Shown in pieces: positions 37,304-47,630 of a stretch of 64,000 bases of DNA (its first letter is position 1; each line of letters opens with the position of its first letter). The translations under genes and the position numbers were made by a program. The notes beneath the pieces are model-generated. The model saw only the letters and a list, made by a program, of their open reading frames with translations, was not told where the DNA came from and did not search any database. Source of the DNA: a virus (Duplodnaviria > Caudoviricetes); IMG/VR virus record IMGVR_UViG_2923649072_000003, positions 21,280 through 85,279 of that record; one strand, written 5' to 3'.

Positions 37304-38155
37304 TCAGTGGCCTGCAGCCATGAACGTGAGCGCGGATGAGCCGGCCGCCGTCACTGACTGGCCAGAAGGCAGGCCGTACGGCAAATCCAGCGTGAGTAGT
37401 CCACCGGGCGGGATTGGAGTCGACGCCAGCACGGCGACCCCCGCGAAGGTCACCGATGCTGTTGCTGTCGCCGTCCCGGAATTCGCCACCCACAGCTGAT
37501 TCACGACCCGATCAGCGCCTGTTGCCGCGACCAGCGTCGCGCTCGACGTCACCGAAGCCAGGCCGAGGCGCGTCACAACGGCATCACTGCGGTAGCCGTA
37601 GCTGGCCAGCACCCCGACCGTTCCGCCCGAAGCGACAGCAGCCAGCGTCTCCCCGGGCGCGACCGGGATCAGCACCGGGAACTCACTGCCCCGAGCCGAT
37701 GCCGTGAACGAGAACTTCGCGACCGTCACGCCCGCCAGCGTCAACGTCAGCGACGAACCCGCTGGCCCGGACACGGTCAGGCTTTTCACGATGCGCCGCC
37801 CGGAGGTCGGCCCGGACACGAGAGTCGCCGACCCGGACGTTGACACGGGGACACCCGTCAGACCAGGCACCTCCACACCGGGGGCCGCCCAGGTCAGTAG
37901 CTCCGTGCCGCCGTGCGTGACCCACGCCGTGCCGTCATCCCAGTAGCTGACACCCTGCAGCCCGGCATCGGTCGGCTTGAAGATCCGACCAGCCGTACCC
38001 GGTGCAGGTCGAGCCGAGAGCAGGCCTTGGCCGTAAAGGACTCCCGCAGAATCGAACTTGTTGCCGATCGAGCGCTGCGACAGCCTGTACGCGGTCACAC
38101 TGTCAGTGCCGTCATTCGCGGGGATGACGATTCCGGTACGGGTCAGCGTGTCCAC
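37304..38155 (-). CDS. Tail fibre or adaptor protein
   Basis: ARPAPGTAGRIF...YWDDGTAW; two repeated beta domains. Confidence 0.6.
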   Translation of the reverse strand: MDTLTRTGIVIPANDGTDSVTAYRLSQRSIGNKFDSAGVLYGQGLLSARPAPGTAGRIFKPTDAGLQGVSYWDDGTAWVTHGGTELLTWAAPGVEVPGLTGVPVSTSGSATLVSGPTSGRRIVKSLTVSGPAGSSLTLTLAGVTVAKFSFTASARGSEFPVLIPVAPGETLAAVASGGTVGVLASYGYRSDAVVTRLGLASVTSSATLVAATGADRVVNQLWVANSGTATATASVTFAGVAVLASTPIPPGGLLTLDLPYGLPSGQSVTAAGSSALTFMAAGH

Positions 38156-38183
38156 GTGACTCCCTCGCTAGTGCCCACTGGAC

Positions 38184-38831
38184 TCACGGAAGCTGGTACT
38201 CGAAGTCGCGGACGGTAGGCCACGTCGTGTCCGCCTCGAGCCCGGCGATGGTCTGACCCGAAAGCGCGGTCTCCATCTCGTCGATCGTCCAGCCCGCCAG
38301 CACATCAACCGTCGGGATCACGCCCGCCGGGATGGCTGCCCGGATGGACCGGTTGAGCTGCGCGACGTCCGTGGCCTCAGCCTCGTAGACGCGCACGCGC
38401 ACCCGGTAGGCCGAGCCCAGGTGCCGCTCGGTGAGCTGCACCTGCCGGCCGCCCGTCAGCCACTGCTGCGCCGCCGCGACAATCGACGCCGGAGTGCCGC
38501 GCTGCCAGCCGAGCGCCGAACGGACACGCAGCCGCTGCGAGGCGTCGTCGAGGCCAGGGGCGAGCTCGACGCCGACGAGCTGCGCAAGGAAACCCAGGTA
38601 CGGCAACGGCACGGCGTCCACGTCCAGCAGCGGCGACCAGCCGTGCCTGACGATGTCGCCGGCCTCGTCGACGACATCCGCGGCGAGATCCTGCGTGGCT
38701 TGCAGGGAGAGCGTCACCGCGTGGCACAGGTGCAGCAGGATCCATCGCTGCTCGTCGCCGACAGTCTGCGCGCCCAGGGCCTCGTACAGTTCCTCGGCGA
38801 CGTCCGAGACGACCGGGCGAGGAGGCGCCAT
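38184..38831 (-). CDS. Baseplate wedge protein (P2 gpI-like)
   Basis: LDVDAVP..YLGFLAQLVGV, RGTPASI, IPAG. Confidence 0.8.
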   Translation of the reverse strand: MAPPRPVVSDVAEELYEALGAQTVGDEQRWILLHLCHAVTLSLQATQDLAADVVDEAGDIVRHGWSPLLDVDAVPLPYLGFLAQLVGVELAPGLDDASQRLRVRSALGWQRGTPASIVAAAQQWLTGGRQVQLTERHLGSAYRVRVRVYEAEATDVAQLNRSIRAAIPAGVIPTVDVLAGWTIDEMETALSGQTIAGLEADTTWPTVRDFEYQLP

Positions 38832-38832
38832 G

Positions 38833-39978
38833 TCAGGCCACCGTTCCTGTCATCGTCCCCGGCTGAGGCAGGGGAGCGATACCCGTCAACGTCAGGTCCG
38901 CCGCGGCACCATTCAAGGTCAGTGATCCGACCCAGGCGACGCCGTTCTCGGCTGCGATCACGTTCGACAGCGAGAAGTACCGGACCACCTTCGCTTCGGC
39001 GGACCAGATCGCGGGAGACAGGTCGCCGCCGCCCCAGACGCTCGGCGACAGAACGGCCGCCAGGGCGTCGTCGACGCGAGCGATGACTTCCTCCGCGACA
39101 TACCCGTTGGCGATGTGCACGCTGTACGCCACGTTCACGACGACGTACGTCGGGTCTATCGTGTGGACCTGAAAGTTCACCTCGCGCAGGCTGTCCAGGT
39201 ATTCGACGACCGCGAGGTGAGTGGCCGTCTCGACGGGCGTCCCGTCAGCAGCGACCAGCGCGACTGTCACCATCCGCTCGTGCGTGTCGGCGCCGTCCTC
39301 CGGGTCGTACCCGCTGATCCCCAGCCCTCTGTGAACCCCTGGGATCCGGGCAGCGAGAACCGCGAAGTCAGACGCCAGGATCGGTCGGGGCGCCAGCAGC
39401 TTCACCTCGGCCGACAGCCGGTCAAGGTAGGAGGCGTCAGACTCCGGGTCGATGCCACCGTCCGTTGCTGATGACACCGTCGCCGACGTCACGTAGCTCA
39501 GCGAATCGACCAGCTCCAGCGACGTACCGGGGGCAATGCCATTCGCTGCCCGGCCCACGTCGACCGCGCGGACCGCGACCCCCGAAGCGCTCGTCGAGCC
39601 GGCCGGGACATCGACCTGAGTCACCGTCTCGAGAAGGATCATCGAGTCCCCGGACGTGCGATACCCGACCAGCGTGCCCGCAGGGATCGTCCATCCCTGG
39701 TCGGATTCCACCACCCACGTCGACAGACCCGCCGCGCGCTGACCGACAGACTGGTTGATGCCGAGCATCTGCGTCCCGAAAGCGCGGAAGACCTGCGGCG
39801 GCACCTCGCGCACCGCGTAGGCCAGCTCGGAGTTCATGCGCGCCAGAGCTTCGATCAGCCACACCTCAAGGTGACCGTCCGAGGGCTCCCAGCCCGGGAT
39901 CACGGACTGCAGGTACGCGACCGCATCGTCGGCGAGCTGATCGGCGTCGGCCGTGAAATCAATGTTCACGAAGCTCAT
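38833..39978 (-). CDS. Baseplate J/gp47-like protein
   Basis: GGIDPESDASYLDR, DFAVLA..IPGV. Confidence 0.9.
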   Translation of the reverse strand: MSFVNIDFTADADQLADDAVAYLQSVIPGWEPSDGHLEVWLIEALARMNSELAYAVREVPPQVFRAFGTQMLGINQSVGQRAAGLSTWVVESDQGWTIPAGTLVGYRTSGDSMILLETVTQVDVPAGSTSASGVAVRAVDVGRAANGIAPGTSLELVDSLSYVTSATVSSATDGGIDPESDASYLDRLSAEVKLLAPRPILASDFAVLAARIPGVHRGLGISGYDPEDGADTHERMVTVALVAADGTPVETATHLAVVEYLDSLREVNFQVHTIDPTYVVVNVAYSVHIANGYVAEEVIARVDDALAAVLSPSVWGGGDLSPAIWSAEAKVVRYFSLSNVIAAENGVAWVGSLTLNGAAADLTLTGIAPLPQPGTMTGTVA

Positions 39979-40313
39979 GTCAGCCTCACGCCCGCCAGGA
40001 TCACCGCGCGGGTCTCCGCGTCGTCACGGTCACCGGCAACACCCACGACCGATTCCAGGTCGACCTCAGCGCGAGGCTCCCACTCCGCGACCGCCGTCTC
40101 GACGCCCGCCGTTTCCAGCGCACCGTCCCGGCTCATCACGAACGTCAGATCGCCGACCCCGTACTCGGGCACCTCAAGCCTCGATCCAACCGGCGTGTCC
40201 AGAAGCACGGCCACACACTGGGTCACGTCGTCGATGTCGCCGTCCTCGTTCACCGCGAACGCGCCCGCAGGAGAAAGCCGCAGCGGGATCGCCAGATGTG
40301 GGATGTCAGCCAC
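39975..40313 (-). CDS. Baseplate gp25/gpW-like protein
   Basis: LLDTPVGSRLEVPEYG...WEPRA. Confidence 0.85.
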   Translation of the reverse strand: MADIPHLAIPLRLSPAGAFAVNEDGDIDDVTQCVAVLLDTPVGSRLEVPEYGVGDLTFVMSRDGALETAGVETAVAEWEPRAEVDLESVVGVAGDRDDAETRAVILAGVRLT

Positions 40314-40316
40314 GAC

Positions 40317-40613
40317 TCACCTCCACCACGCGAGAATCCACGGCTCATGGTCCGATCCGGCGTATGCGACCAGGCAGGTGTCCCCGACGCGTGGCCCGTA
40401 GCCGTCATCGAGAGCGTCCTGCGCGGTGTCGTACCCGCCCAGGCTCCAGCGTGCCGGGCCCCACGCGTGCGCAGGCGACCCGGGCAGCACGAATGTTGCG
40501 CCCGCCGCCGTGGTCTTCTTCACGCGGCCGACCTCGACCGAATCGAAGCCGTCGCCCGTGGTCGATCCGGGAATGACGCCCGGCCCGAGAGGATCAAACC
40601 CGCCGCGCCCCAT
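40317..40613 (-). CDS. Short baseplate spike-like (OB-fold only) protein
   Basis: PRVGDTCLVAY...PWILAW; position after the hub. Confidence 0.6.
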   Translation of the reverse strand: MGRGGFDPLGPGVIPGSTTGDGFDSVEVGRVKKTTAAGATFVLPGSPAHAWGPARWSLGGYDTAQDALDDGYGPRVGDTCLVAYAGSDHEPWILAWWR

Positions 40614-42037
40614 CAGGATCCGATCGGGATGTTGCCGTCGTCGGGACGCTTCGGGTACCGGCGCGGCTCGGTCCTGGCGTTGAACATGCCCGGCAACAAG
40701 CCGCCGTTCGTGAACCGGTCACCGATGTTCCCGATCTTGCAGCCATAGGCGGACCCCATCGCTTCCATCGTCTTCCCGTTCCCCAGGCTGATCGCGATGT
40801 GATTCGTCTGCCCGACACCGACCCGGATCAGCACGGCGCCCCGGGTACGCGACGCCTCCTCGATGGAGATCAGCTGACCCCGGTCCTTGCACAGGTCGTA
40901 CATGTGCGACGTCGGCTTGCTGATCCCGCTGAAACCAGCTCGCGCGGCGCAGTACTGCACCAGGCCTGAGCAGTCGAACTTCCCAGGCCCGGACGCGCCC
41001 CAGTCGTAAGGCTTGCCGCGCTGGTCGAGGGCGGTCTGAACGAACTTCTCGACCTTCGGGTCCGCCGATTTCGTGCCCGTGGACAGGTCGGGATCGTCGG
41101 GCAGGTTGATCGAATCCCAGCCGTCTTCGCCGGCTTCACCGTCGCCGCCCCCGCCGCCGCTGGTCGCCGCCTCTTCCCGCTGCACCTCGATCGGCTCCGG
41201 AAGCGTCGGCAGCGGCAGGATCAGGTTCACGCCGACCTGCTGCGAGAAAGCACTTCGCGTGATCGACTCGACCAGCCACACGCGGTCGCCCGGGCCCATG
41301 CCCTCGAGCTGCACGGCAGTGCCCGGCACCAGGCTCCGGAAACCCGCGCGGCCGGTCAGGGAAGCAGTCGCCGTCGGCTTGCCCACGTCGTAGTCGATAT
41401 CGATGTCGTCGACGCCCTGCGAGTCCTCCGTCAGGACGTACGGACTCTGCGCCTTCAGGAACGTGTCCGGCAACAGATTCAGCGTCGACCGGTACGCCCA
41501 CACCCGCCACTGGATCTCGCCCATGATCCGCCCGGCTGCGGTCCACGTGTCCTCAGGCTCGCCCGCCTGATCGTTGCTTTTCGCCGTGCCACGGGACAGT
41601 TCGACCTTCGCGGTCGGGCCCTGCGTCGTCCTGACCTTGATCCAGGAGGCGTCCGCGCGGACGAGCGACTCGATGAACGCTGCCCTCGACATCGCTCCGG
41701 GAGCGACCTTCCTGAAACTGTCCTGCCGGCGCAGCTTCGCAACCGCGAGATCCTCGAACACGATGCTGACGGTGGAGCCGGTCTTGCGGACCGCGGCGAG
41801 CTCGAACGCGGCACGGTCGATCACCAGCGTCGATCGTTGCGTCAGCAGGCCCGACCGCAGAAGCGTCCGATCCGGATCCTCAAGAGTGAGATCGACCGTC
41901 GAAGCACCCGTGATCGTCTCGGTCATCGTCAGGGCTGTCAGTGCACCCACCAGCGATGCGTGGGTCTTCTTCGCGTCCGTCCCGTTCAGCTCAAGCCGGC
42001 CGAGGTCCAGTGCGCCCACAGGCGTCTTCTTCGCCAT
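40613..42037 (-). CDS. Baseplate hub with C-terminal NlpC/P60 peptidase
   Basis: GKPYDWGASGPGKFDCSGLV...HIAISLG. Confidence 0.85.
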   Translation of the reverse strand: MAKKTPVGALDLGRLELNGTDAKKTHASLVGALTALTMTETITGASTVDLTLEDPDRTLLRSGLLTQRSTLVIDRAAFELAAVRKTGSTVSIVFEDLAVAKLRRQDSFRKVAPGAMSRAAFIESLVRADASWIKVRTTQGPTAKVELSRGTAKSNDQAGEPEDTWTAAGRIMGEIQWRVWAYRSTLNLLPDTFLKAQSPYVLTEDSQGVDDIDIDYDVGKPTATASLTGRAGFRSLVPGTAVQLEGMGPGDRVWLVESITRSAFSQQVGVNLILPLPTLPEPIEVQREEAATSGGGGGDGEAGEDGWDSINLPDDPDLSTGTKSADPKVEKFVQTALDQRGKPYDWGASGPGKFDCSGLVQYCAARAGFSGISKPTSHMYDLCKDRGQLISIEEASRTRGAVLIRVGVGQTNHIAISLGNGKTMEAMGSAYGCKIGNIGDRFTNGGLLPGMFNARTEPRRYPKRPDDGNIPIGS

Positions 42038-42735
42038 CAGGACGCCGGAAGTTTCAGGCGCAGGCCGACCTTGAGATGCTTCGGGTCGCGGATGCTCGGG
42101 TTCAGCTTCTTGATGTCGGCCGCCCTCTTCGCGGACCCGAGCTGCTTCGCCGCGATCTTCCCCAGCGTGTCGCCCTGCTTCACGACATAGATCTTGGTCT
42201 TGCTCCCCGAACCCTGCTTCTCCTTGGACCGTTTCGCCGCCGACGTCTTGATGATCACGTCGCCCGGGACGTACTGCAGCAGACTCAGTGTCACCAGCGT
42301 CCGCAGCGGCACCCGATCCGAACGGCGCACGATCGTCATCGCCGTATCGTCATCGACCTGCAGGCCATCACATACCCAGTGCATGGCCTCATCCAACGGC
42401 CAAGCCCCCAGCACCCGGAATGCGGGAGGAACCAAAGCCCCGTTCGTCGGCGCGAAATGCCTCTCCAGGTATGCGATCGACTGGGCCTGAGACTGCCCCA
42501 GCCGGGACGCAGCGAACCCGTCGAACAGCATCTGCAGTGACGCGCGCATCGGCTGCGGGCCCTGCCACTCCGTCATCGACCTCTTACGGGGCCGGTCGAT
42601 GATCTTCCAACCGCCGTAGCCGTCCTGAACTTTCGGCAGAGACGGACCAAACCGCGCACGCATCGCGATCCGCTTGTCAGAGACACGCACGAGCGTGCAC
42701 AGCGGCGACGTCGTCTTCGGGGTAGCCAGAGGCAT
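42037..42735 (-). CDS. Tail tube initiator with LysM domain
   Basis: YVVKQGDTLGKIAAKQLG...IKKLNP...LKVGLRLKLP. Confidence 0.85.
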   Translation of the reverse strand: MPLATPKTTSPLCTLVRVSDKRIAMRARFGPSLPKVQDGYGGWKIIDRPRKRSMTEWQGPQPMRASLQMLFDGFAASRLGQSQAQSIAYLERHFAPTNGALVPPAFRVLGAWPLDEAMHWVCDGLQVDDDTAMTIVRRSDRVPLRTLVTLSLLQYVPGDVIIKTSAAKRSKEKQGSGSKTKIYVVKQGDTLGKIAAKQLGSAKRAADIKKLNPSIRDPKHLKVGLRLKLPAS

Positions 42736-42753
42736 CGCGTCACCGCCCTCTCG

Positions 42754-44997
42754 TCAACGACGGGCCGCCAGATCATCACGCCCGCGGATCGTCTGCTCAG
42801 CCAGAACTCGCCTGTCCACCACGAACTGGACCGTGATCGGCCGGTCGTCCGTCAGCCGCAAGTCGCGCTTGACGGACGGATCCAGGGGTACGACCTGAGC
42901 GCCAGTAGGCATCTGGATCAACTCGGGGCCTTCTTCGCCGATCACCGCGACACCCGGGGCGACAGCGCGCCCACCCTTGGCGAGCAGGGGGATATCGGGG
43001 ATCAGGTCAACGCTTTGCCCGGCGATGCCGTCCGGGAACCCCGGGACCTTGCCCATCCAGCCAGGGATCTTGATGGTGAGGTCGAGGCCGTTCCACAGGC
43101 CAATGACGAAGTTGATCAGATTGCGAAAGCCGGAGCCGATGGCGTCGAGGGAGGTCTGAACCAGGCCTACGGCGGCGTCGATCGGGTTGGCGAGCACATC
43201 GCCGATACGCGTCCAGGTCCGCTGAATCCAGTTCCACACGCCACGCACGGCGCCCAGCACCAGCTTGAAGGATGCCTGCACGCCAGCCCGGAACCAGCCA
43301 ACGCGGCGGTAGGCGAGCACGAAGGCGCCGATCAGCAGGATGACGCCGGTGACGATGAGGCCCACCGGATTGAGCCGCATCACAGTGTTCAGCACCCGCA
43401 TGGCTATCGCCCAGGTGCGCGTGGCGATGGCGGCAGCGCGCGTCGCGACCGTACTGGCGACAGTAGCGACCCGGTGACGCACCGAGGCAACCACGCCCGT
43501 GTTCTTCGCTGCCGTGTCAGTGGCCGTTGCGCCGGCCGAAGCCTTAAGCGCAGTCGTGTTCGCCTTGAGGCTCGTCGCGAGAGCGCGCTGAGAAGCTGCC
43601 AACCGCGAGTTGGCTATGATCTCGGCGATCTTCAGCGGCACGGCGAACACGCTCATGGCGTTACTGGCAGCCTGCGCGCCCTTGTATGCGATGAGCGCGA
43701 CGACAAGATAGGGCATCATCTTCGCCAGCAGGCCCGTGTGGTCGGCGAGCCAGCCCATAGCTACGCCGGCCACGTTGAGCGTGTCGGCGACGCCCTGGCC
43801 GGCACCCGACCCCAGTGCACCCAGCGACTCGGCGAGCTTCTCGAGTGAAGCGCCGAGGCCGGAAAAACTGGAACCCTCGCCCGCGCTGCCCATCGAAGCG
43901 TCGAAGTTGGTGAAGAACTCATCCACCTTCGGCCCGTACTTCTCGGTGAGCTGGTCCACCCAACCGAGGAAGGCCACGCCCTTGTCGCGCATGTCGCCGA
44001 GCCACGAAATGAACTTGGGCCCGTTCTTCGTCGCCGTGTCCAGGATCCAGCGAGCGAACGGTATCGCCGACCCGGTGACGAAACCCGTGATCCAGCGGGT
44101 GACCGCAGGACCATGGTCGCTCACCCAGTCGTTGAAAGAGGGCAGAAGTTCATCATTCAGCGCCCTGACGACCGCAAGAACGGCCGGCAGAAGCGCTTTG
44201 CCGAGACGCCCCTTCAAGTCCTCCCACTGGGCGGCCAGCTTGCGTTGCATGTTCGCGAGACCCTCACCGTTACGGGTGAAGTCGCCCTGCGCCTTGCCTG
44301 TCTGCTCGAGGATCAGCTTGTACGACGCCTGCGCCTTGTCGGCCGCCGAGAGCTTCTCCTTCGAGTCCGCCAGCCCGAGCGCCATCGCCTTCTGCTCGAC
44401 GGCAGCAGCCGAAATGGCGAAACCGTACCGCTGCAGCGGGTCATACTCGCCAGCCAGCGCCGACGACATCGCGTCGAGCATCTCCTGCGGCGAGGCGTTG
44501 TTGAAGCTGGCCAGGTCGGCGGCGGTGACGACGAGCTGCTTGCTCATCAGCGCGGCCTCACGTGAGGTCGCGCCCAAGTTCAGGAAGAGGTTGCCGTAGT
44601 TCGAGGCAGCGCTGAGGGCGTCGTTTTTCGACATGCCGAGACTCGCGGCGGTCGTCTTGCCCCAGTTCTTCATCGATTCCGACGTCTTGCCGAAGACCTG
44701 ATCAGTCTTCTGCAGCGTCTCCCCGAGATCCGAGGCCGCACTCACAGCCTGCGTCCCGAGGATCACCGCAGTAGCACCGGCAGCGATCGTTGTCGCCGTG
44801 GCCACGCGAGTGATGTCCGTCAGCGCTCGGCGCAGAAGACCGAAACCGCCGGCAGCCACAGAAGCGAGACGCGAGCGACGGTCGGCCTTCTCGACTTCCT
44901 CGCCGACCTCGCGGATCGCCGCCCCGGAGCGCTTCGAGTCCCGGATGAACGCCTCAACCTGCGCGAGGCGAATTTCGATTGTGACGTCGTCAGCCAC
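42754..44997 (-). CDS. Tape measure protein
   Basis: AADLASFNN, ALAGEYDPLQRYG, NPVGLIV, LAKGG...IGEEGPE. Confidence 0.9.
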   Translation of the reverse strand: MADDVTIEIRLAQVEAFIRDSKRSGAAIREVGEEVEKADRRSRLASVAAGGFGLLRRALTDITRVATATTIAAGATAVILGTQAVSAASDLGETLQKTDQVFGKTSESMKNWGKTTAASLGMSKNDALSAASNYGNLFLNLGATSREAALMSKQLVVTAADLASFNNASPQEMLDAMSSALAGEYDPLQRYGFAISAAAVEQKAMALGLADSKEKLSAADKAQASYKLILEQTGKAQGDFTRNGEGLANMQRKLAAQWEDLKGRLGKALLPAVLAVVRALNDELLPSFNDWVSDHGPAVTRWITGFVTGSAIPFARWILDTATKNGPKFISWLGDMRDKGVAFLGWVDQLTEKYGPKVDEFFTNFDASMGSAGEGSSFSGLGASLEKLAESLGALGSGAGQGVADTLNVAGVAMGWLADHTGLLAKMMPYLVVALIAYKGAQAASNAMSVFAVPLKIAEIIANSRLAASQRALATSLKANTTALKASAGATATDTAAKNTGVVASVRHRVATVASTVATRAAAIATRTWAIAMRVLNTVMRLNPVGLIVTGVILLIGAFVLAYRRVGWFRAGVQASFKLVLGAVRGVWNWIQRTWTRIGDVLANPIDAAVGLVQTSLDAIGSGFRNLINFVIGLWNGLDLTIKIPGWMGKVPGFPDGIAGQSVDLIPDIPLLAKGGRAVAPGVAVIGEEGPELIQMPTGAQVVPLDPSVKRDLRLTDDRPITVQFVVDRRVLAEQTIRGRDDLAARR

Positions 44998-45020
44998 GAA
45001 TCACCTCCGGCGCCGCAGGA

Positions 45021-45248
45021 TCAAGCGAGGATCTTCGCGAGGTTGTTCGCGACGTGCGTGCCAATGTTGTGCGCCAACACCGTCAGCTCATGATTTCGAC
45101 GCTCAGCGTCAGCCTCGACGGCCTTGGCGAGCACCGCATCAACGATGATCCGATCCACGCCATCGGCGCGGAGGTACCTCATCGGATCCCAGCCCAGCAG
45201 TAGCGCCGTCGCGGCATTCGCGACCTCGGCGGCGCCGGCTATTCCCCC
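45021..45248 (-). CDS. Frameshift extension of the tail assembly chaperone (gpGT-like)
   Basis: Slippery GGGGGAA at 45248-45242; the -1 frame GIAGAAEVANAATALLLGWDPMRYL... is open to 45021. Confidence 0.7.
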   Translation of the reverse strand, partial: GGIAGAAEVANAATALLLGWDPMRYLRADGVDRIIVDAVLAKAVEADAERRNHELTVLAHNIGTHVANNLAKILA

Positions 45249-45706
45249 GCGAAGTCCTCGTCGGCCTCGAGCTCCGCGTACCCCGAGAGCTTGTGGACCT
45301 TCCCGGCCAGCTGCAGGATGACACCGTCCTTCCCGAGGGTGAGGGCCCGCAGGATGGACAGGTTCGTCGCGTCCGGCTCCAGGTCCAGGCCGGCGAGGAA
45401 GTCAGGGTCCTTCAGGCCAATCTCCCCGGCCGGGACGCCACTGCCGTCGTCATCTTCACCGATCACCACCGCGTCGGTCGCATCGGCGATGATCGCGGCC
45501 GATGTCGCCAGCTCGACGCGCGCTTTCGCACCCTTCGTCGCGACGGAGATCTTGGTGCTCTGCTTGCGCAGGAACTCGTGCTCCAGCGGATGCATGCGCA
45601 GCGCCAACCGAGGCGAAGACCAGCCCGGGAGCAGCACATCCTCGCTCGCAGCCTCAGCGAGCAGCTGCTCACGTCGGGCCTTGAGCCCATCGAAAAGGGA
45701 AGGCAT
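45239..45706 (-). CDS. Tail assembly chaperone
   Basis: Between tube and TMP; ends FAGE* at the slippery site. Confidence 0.75.
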   Translation of the reverse strand: MPSLFDGLKARREQLLAEAASEDVLLPGWSSPRLALRMHPLEHEFLRKQSTKISVATKGAKARVELATSAAIIADATDAVVIGEDDDGSGVPAGEIGLKDPDFLAGLDLEPDATNLSILRALTLGKDGVILQLAGKVHKLSGYAELEADEDFAGE

Positions 45707-46140
45707 CAGCCCAGCACTCCGTCCGTCGAGCACACGAGCTCTAGCATGTTGATCGATGTGGACGACGAATCCGCGTCCGGGTAGTTGACCGTCATGAGGA
45801 TCCCCGAGTACACGTGCGGCTTCCCTACCGCATCACCCGAGACGCCCAGGGGCTGCTTGGTGATCGACATGCGCGCCCGCCCACACAGTGACGCGAGCTT
45901 GCGTGCATAGTCGTGGTCACGCTCGTAGTCGTAACGTCGCCCGACAGTGACATTCCCGACCGAGACAGGCCCGCCGTAAGCCCTCTCGCTGCGCATGCCG
46001 CCCTCGCGGTACTTCGTCTCAGACGCGGTCACATCGCCGCCGGAGCACTTGTCGAACGGGTCGGGGATCTTCACGAGTTTCCCCGACCCGATGGCGCTCT
46101 CGACGTACACGCTGATGAGCCACTGATCCTGCCTGCTCAT
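45706..46140 (-). CDS. Tail tube protein
   Basis: FDKCSGG...KYREGG...NVTVGR; follows the sheath. Confidence 0.8.
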   Translation of the reverse strand: MSRQDQWLISVYVESAIGSGKLVKIPDPFDKCSGGDVTASETKYREGGMRSERAYGGPVSVGNVTVGRRYDYERDHDYARKLASLCGRARMSITKQPLGVSGDAVGKPHVYSGILMTVNYPDADSSSTSINMLELVCSTDGVLG

Positions 46141-46153
46141 GGCCGCACCTTCC

Positions 46154-47629
46154 TCAGTTCACCAGGGAGTCGGTGATCGGGTACTTGACGATCTGGATCT
46201 CGACGAACTCGGCGAACGGGCTCATGCGCAAGCTCAGGGTCGCCCGGAGAACACCCGCCGCGAGCGATTCCGGAGTGTTGACACCCGGCCCGGTGTCGAC
46301 CCGGAACGCCTCCTCAGCGGTCTCACCGAACAGCTCCCCGGCACTCCAGTGCAGCTGCAGCATGGCGGCGAGCGCGGCATTGAAAGCGGCGATCGTGTGA
46401 CCGCGCCCGTCGAGCTGATCGAAAACGAACTGCTCGCCGATCGCGCCGGCCTCGTCGGTCAGCTTCAGCCGCAGGAGCTGATTACTGAGCATCCGCCAGG
46501 CCGGTGTGCCGTCGAGCGACCTGTACCCGTACAGGGAGACGTCTCCGTTCGCGGTCACGCGCCGGAAAATGTTGACGCCGGAGTCGTTGAGCAGGCCGCG
46601 CTCGATGTCGGTGAACGCCTGCTGGGCGACGTCGATGACCCAGGTCGCGACACCGTTCGCGCCGGCCGCGGGCACGTTCGCCAGGCCTGTCTTGACCTGC
46701 CGCGAGATGATGCCCGCGGCGACGCTGGACGGTGGGACCACCCGCGTCGTGCCCGTCGCGACGCCGGGGACCTTCAGCCACGGAGCGAAAGTGGCCCCGT
46801 ACTCGTCGAAAGTGGCGTTCGCGCGGTCGGTCGCCGCGAGGCCGGACAGGGTGAGCTGTGTGGCGTCCGCAGGCCCGTCGAGCAGCGCCTGACGGTTGAA
46901 AGCGGCGGCATGGTTGACGGCCTGGACGTGGGCGCCGCTGGTTGTCCGGCCAGGCATCGACACCAGTCCCGGCCCGAACGCCTGCCCGAAACGAGCCAGC
47001 GCCGCGGACCACTCGGCGTCGGTGATGCTGGCCCGGTCATCCGAGCCGCCCGACAGGGCCGTGGCGGAGGCCAGGGCAGGCAAGTTGGACGGCGCGGTCG
47101 ACGTCGAACCGGCGTCGGTGATGGTCACCCACATCGACGTGTTCTGCGACCACTCGACGGCGGCAGTGGGGGACGACAGGTCGGGGGACTGCTCGACCGG
47201 GGCGCCGTCGAGATAGATGACCAGGACGTAGGTGCCCGACACCGACCCGGCGAGGACCTGCACGGTGATGCGCGACCCGTACGACCCGGGCCCCTTCGGC
47301 TTCACGGTCAGCGTCGGCAGCGGACTGCCCGCACGGTCATTCAGGGTCAGGCTGGAGAACGTCGCCGCAGGACCGACCACGCGGGCCACGCGCAGCTGTG
47401 CGCCGCCCACCCGGAAGAACGCATCCACGGCGTCGTACAGGGTGCCGTACGGGACACGCGCACCATACTGCGCGACGAAATCGGAGAGGCTGTAGATCGG
47501 CCGTCCAGTGCTGACCGTGGTCGGCCCGAGCTCGGTGATCCCGGCGACAAACCACGTGCCGAGATCCTGCCCATCGTCTCCGATCCCGGAGATCGCGGAC
47601 GACGTGACGGATGTACCCGGTGCGGCCAT
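46154..47629 (-). CDS. Tail sheath protein
   Basis: PGSYG, LSGGSD, VVPPS, LNDSGVN, YGYRSL, FVFD, PFAEFV. Confidence 0.92.
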   Translation of the reverse strand: MAAPGTSVTSSAISGIGDDGQDLGTWFVAGITELGPTTVSTGRPIYSLSDFVAQYGARVPYGTLYDAVDAFFRVGGAQLRVARVVGPAATFSSLTLNDRAGSPLPTLTVKPKGPGSYGSRITVQVLAGSVSGTYVLVIYLDGAPVEQSPDLSSPTAAVEWSQNTSMWVTITDAGSTSTAPSNLPALASATALSGGSDDRASITDAEWSAALARFGQAFGPGLVSMPGRTTSGAHVQAVNHAAAFNRQALLDGPADATQLTLSGLAATDRANATFDEYGATFAPWLKVPGVATGTTRVVPPSSVAAGIISRQVKTGLANVPAAGANGVATWVIDVAQQAFTDIERGLLNDSGVNIFRRVTANGDVSLYGYRSLDGTPAWRMLSNQLLRLKLTDEAGAIGEQFVFDQLDGRGHTIAAFNAALAAMLQLHWSAGELFGETAEEAFRVDTGPGVNTPESLAAGVLRATLSLRMSPFAEFVEIQIVKYPITDSLVN

Positions 47630-47630
47630 G

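Noticed and set aside
38184-47629. Extracellular contractile injection system or tailocin interpretation
   Set aside because: Linked terminase, portal, scaffold and capsid indicate a DNA-packaging phage
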